A stretch of DNA of 5,243 nucleotides, from IMG/VR virus record IMGVR_UViG_3300005309_000005, one strand, 5' to 3'. This DNA is from a virus. The first letter of the stretch is position 1, and each line of letters starts with the position of its first letter. Position numbers and translations under genes: made by a program. Of this stretch, positions 4,621 through 5,243 are shown in pieces. The notes below the pieces were generated by a model. That model did no database searches. It was not told the origin of the DNA and saw only the letters and a program-made list of their open reading frames with translations.

Positions 4621-4648
4621 CATGGGTTGACTTATGCTAAAAAGGGGT

Positions 4649-4695
4649 GCACAGTCTGATACTAGATACAACTGTGCTAGGTGACACCGTCACCT
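4649..4695 (+). promoter_or_regulatory. Second copy of stem-loops H2 and H3 (same element as 248..294)
   Basis: Identical sequence within the wrap-around repeat. Confidence 0.5.
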
Positions 4696-4719
4696 CCCCT
4701 TCCCCTCCTGGAGTTAACA

Positions 4720-4845
4720 ATGCGCCCCTCATCCCGTTCTCGAGTTAACAAATCTCGCTCTGCCCGTAGCTTCCGCAAACAGTCCTCCCGCACTGCTGCC
4801 GCCAATATCTTTGCCGGCCCAATGCGCGGCGGTATCCGCCTATAA
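4720..4845 (+). CDS. VP8: Second copy of the VP8 small basic protein gene (same gene as 319..444, wrap-around duplicate)
   Basis: Identical sequence, offset 4401. Confidence 0.8.
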   Translation: MRPSSRSRVNKSRSARSFRKQSSRTAAANIFAGPMRGGIRL

Positions 4846-4846
4846 A

Positions 4847-5243
4847 ATGCCGTGCTTTCACCCCTTAAGCGCTTACAAATTGGGTGGCCAAATTCATTTT
4901 GGCACCCCGATTTCATCGCTTTGCGCACCGTTGAAACTCCCTTGCGGTCAGTGCATCGGCTGCCGAATCGAGAGATCCCGCCAATGGGCTACTCGAATAA
5001 TGTTCGAGTCCCAAATGCACGACGCTAGTTCGTTTATTACTTTGACTTATGCAAACGAACATTTACCTGATCCGCCATCCTTAGATTATTCTCATTATCA
5101 AAAATTCATGAAACGACTTCGAAAGGAAGTCGGCCCAATTCGTTATTATGCTTGTGGCGAATATGGTGATAATAATTTCCGCCCTCATTTTCACGCTTGC
5201 CTTTTCGGTATTGATTTTTCAAAAGACCGAAAATTTTTTGATA
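4847..5243 (+). CDS. VP4: Second, 3'-truncated copy of VP4 (same gene as 446..1342; runs off the window end)
   Basis: Identical to 446..842 and truncated by the window end. It is not an independent gene. Confidence 0.9.
   Translation, partial: MPCFHPLSAYKLGGQIHFGTPISSLCAPLKLPCGQCIGCRIERSRQWATRIMFESQMHDASSFITLTYANEHLPDPPSLDYSHYQKFMKRLRKEVGPIRYYACGEYGDNNFRPHFHACLFGIDFSKDRKFFD

Larger units (their letters stand above)
4402..5243. repeat. Terminal direct repeat, copy B: wrap-around overlap, identical to 1..842
   Basis: Same comparison as copy A. The repeat runs to the last base of the window, as expected for an assembly overhang rather than a bounded biological repeat. Confidence 0.97.

Noticed and set aside
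2311-4630. Remaining +1-frame hydrophobic ORFs (2311..2736, 3270..3503, 3642..3899, 4244..4630)
   Set aside because: All begin at TTG or GTG in the track, with no SD. Their first ATGs give unremarkable products. Their Leu/Pro-rich composition is explained by T/C-rich third positions of the host gene.
4225-4671. 148-aa minus-strand ORF with an RRRRRGRRRGNSRRRRKK run
   Set aside because: It is antisense to VP3. The poly-Arg run is simply the complement of the CCT/TCT polypyrimidine tract. There is no translation signal, and it is on the wrong strand for this virus family.
1-5243. The 842-nt identical ends as a biological repeat (LTR, IS element, segmental duplication, or two paralogous VP4/VP8 genes)
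   Set aside because: The repeat extends to both window edges and cuts genes mid-codon-stream (VP3 at the left, VP4 at the right). The offset equals a plausible microvirus genome length. This is the signature of a circular contig written past its start.
1-5243. tRNA, rRNA, CRISPR array, integrase/att sites, toxin-antitoxin or defence genes
   Set aside because: I found nothing resembling them. The six phage genes and two short structured spacers account for the whole unit.

Overview
This window holds a complete circular genome of a small ssDNA phage (family Microviridae) with a wrap-around overhang. Gene content and order match subfamily Gokushovirinae. Bases 1..842 recur exactly at 4402..5243, so the unit length is 4,401 nt and the window is about 1.19 genome copies, as expected for an untrimmed circular contig. 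All convincing genes are on the + strand and tightly packed. I count 181 non-coding nt per 4,401-nt unit. The order is: small Arg-rich DNA-binding protein (VP8/J-like, 41 aa, absent from the ORF track), replication initiator VP4 (HUH/Y-x3-Y), VP5, major capsid VP1, pilot/minor capsid VP2, internal scaffold VP3. There are two sizeable intergenic regions. One (202..318, with a hairpin starting at 189) carries three stem-loops. The other (4115..4167) carries a (CG)5-TTT-C(GT)5 hairpin followed by a T-rich run. I see no tRNA, rRNA, CRISPR array, transposon or integrase. This is a conventional gokushovirus architecture, not an obviously new multi-gene system. The points worth follow-up are these: no recognisable lysis gene; several hydrophobic ORFs overprinted in the +1 frame, one continuing VP4 in frame past its TGA stop and one with a lipoprotein-type signal peptide; an exact 11-residue periodic repeat and a Gln-striped heptad helix in VP2; and the structured intergenic DNA as candidate origin or terminator elements. 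All family assignments come from motifs I recognise by eye. No database search was run.
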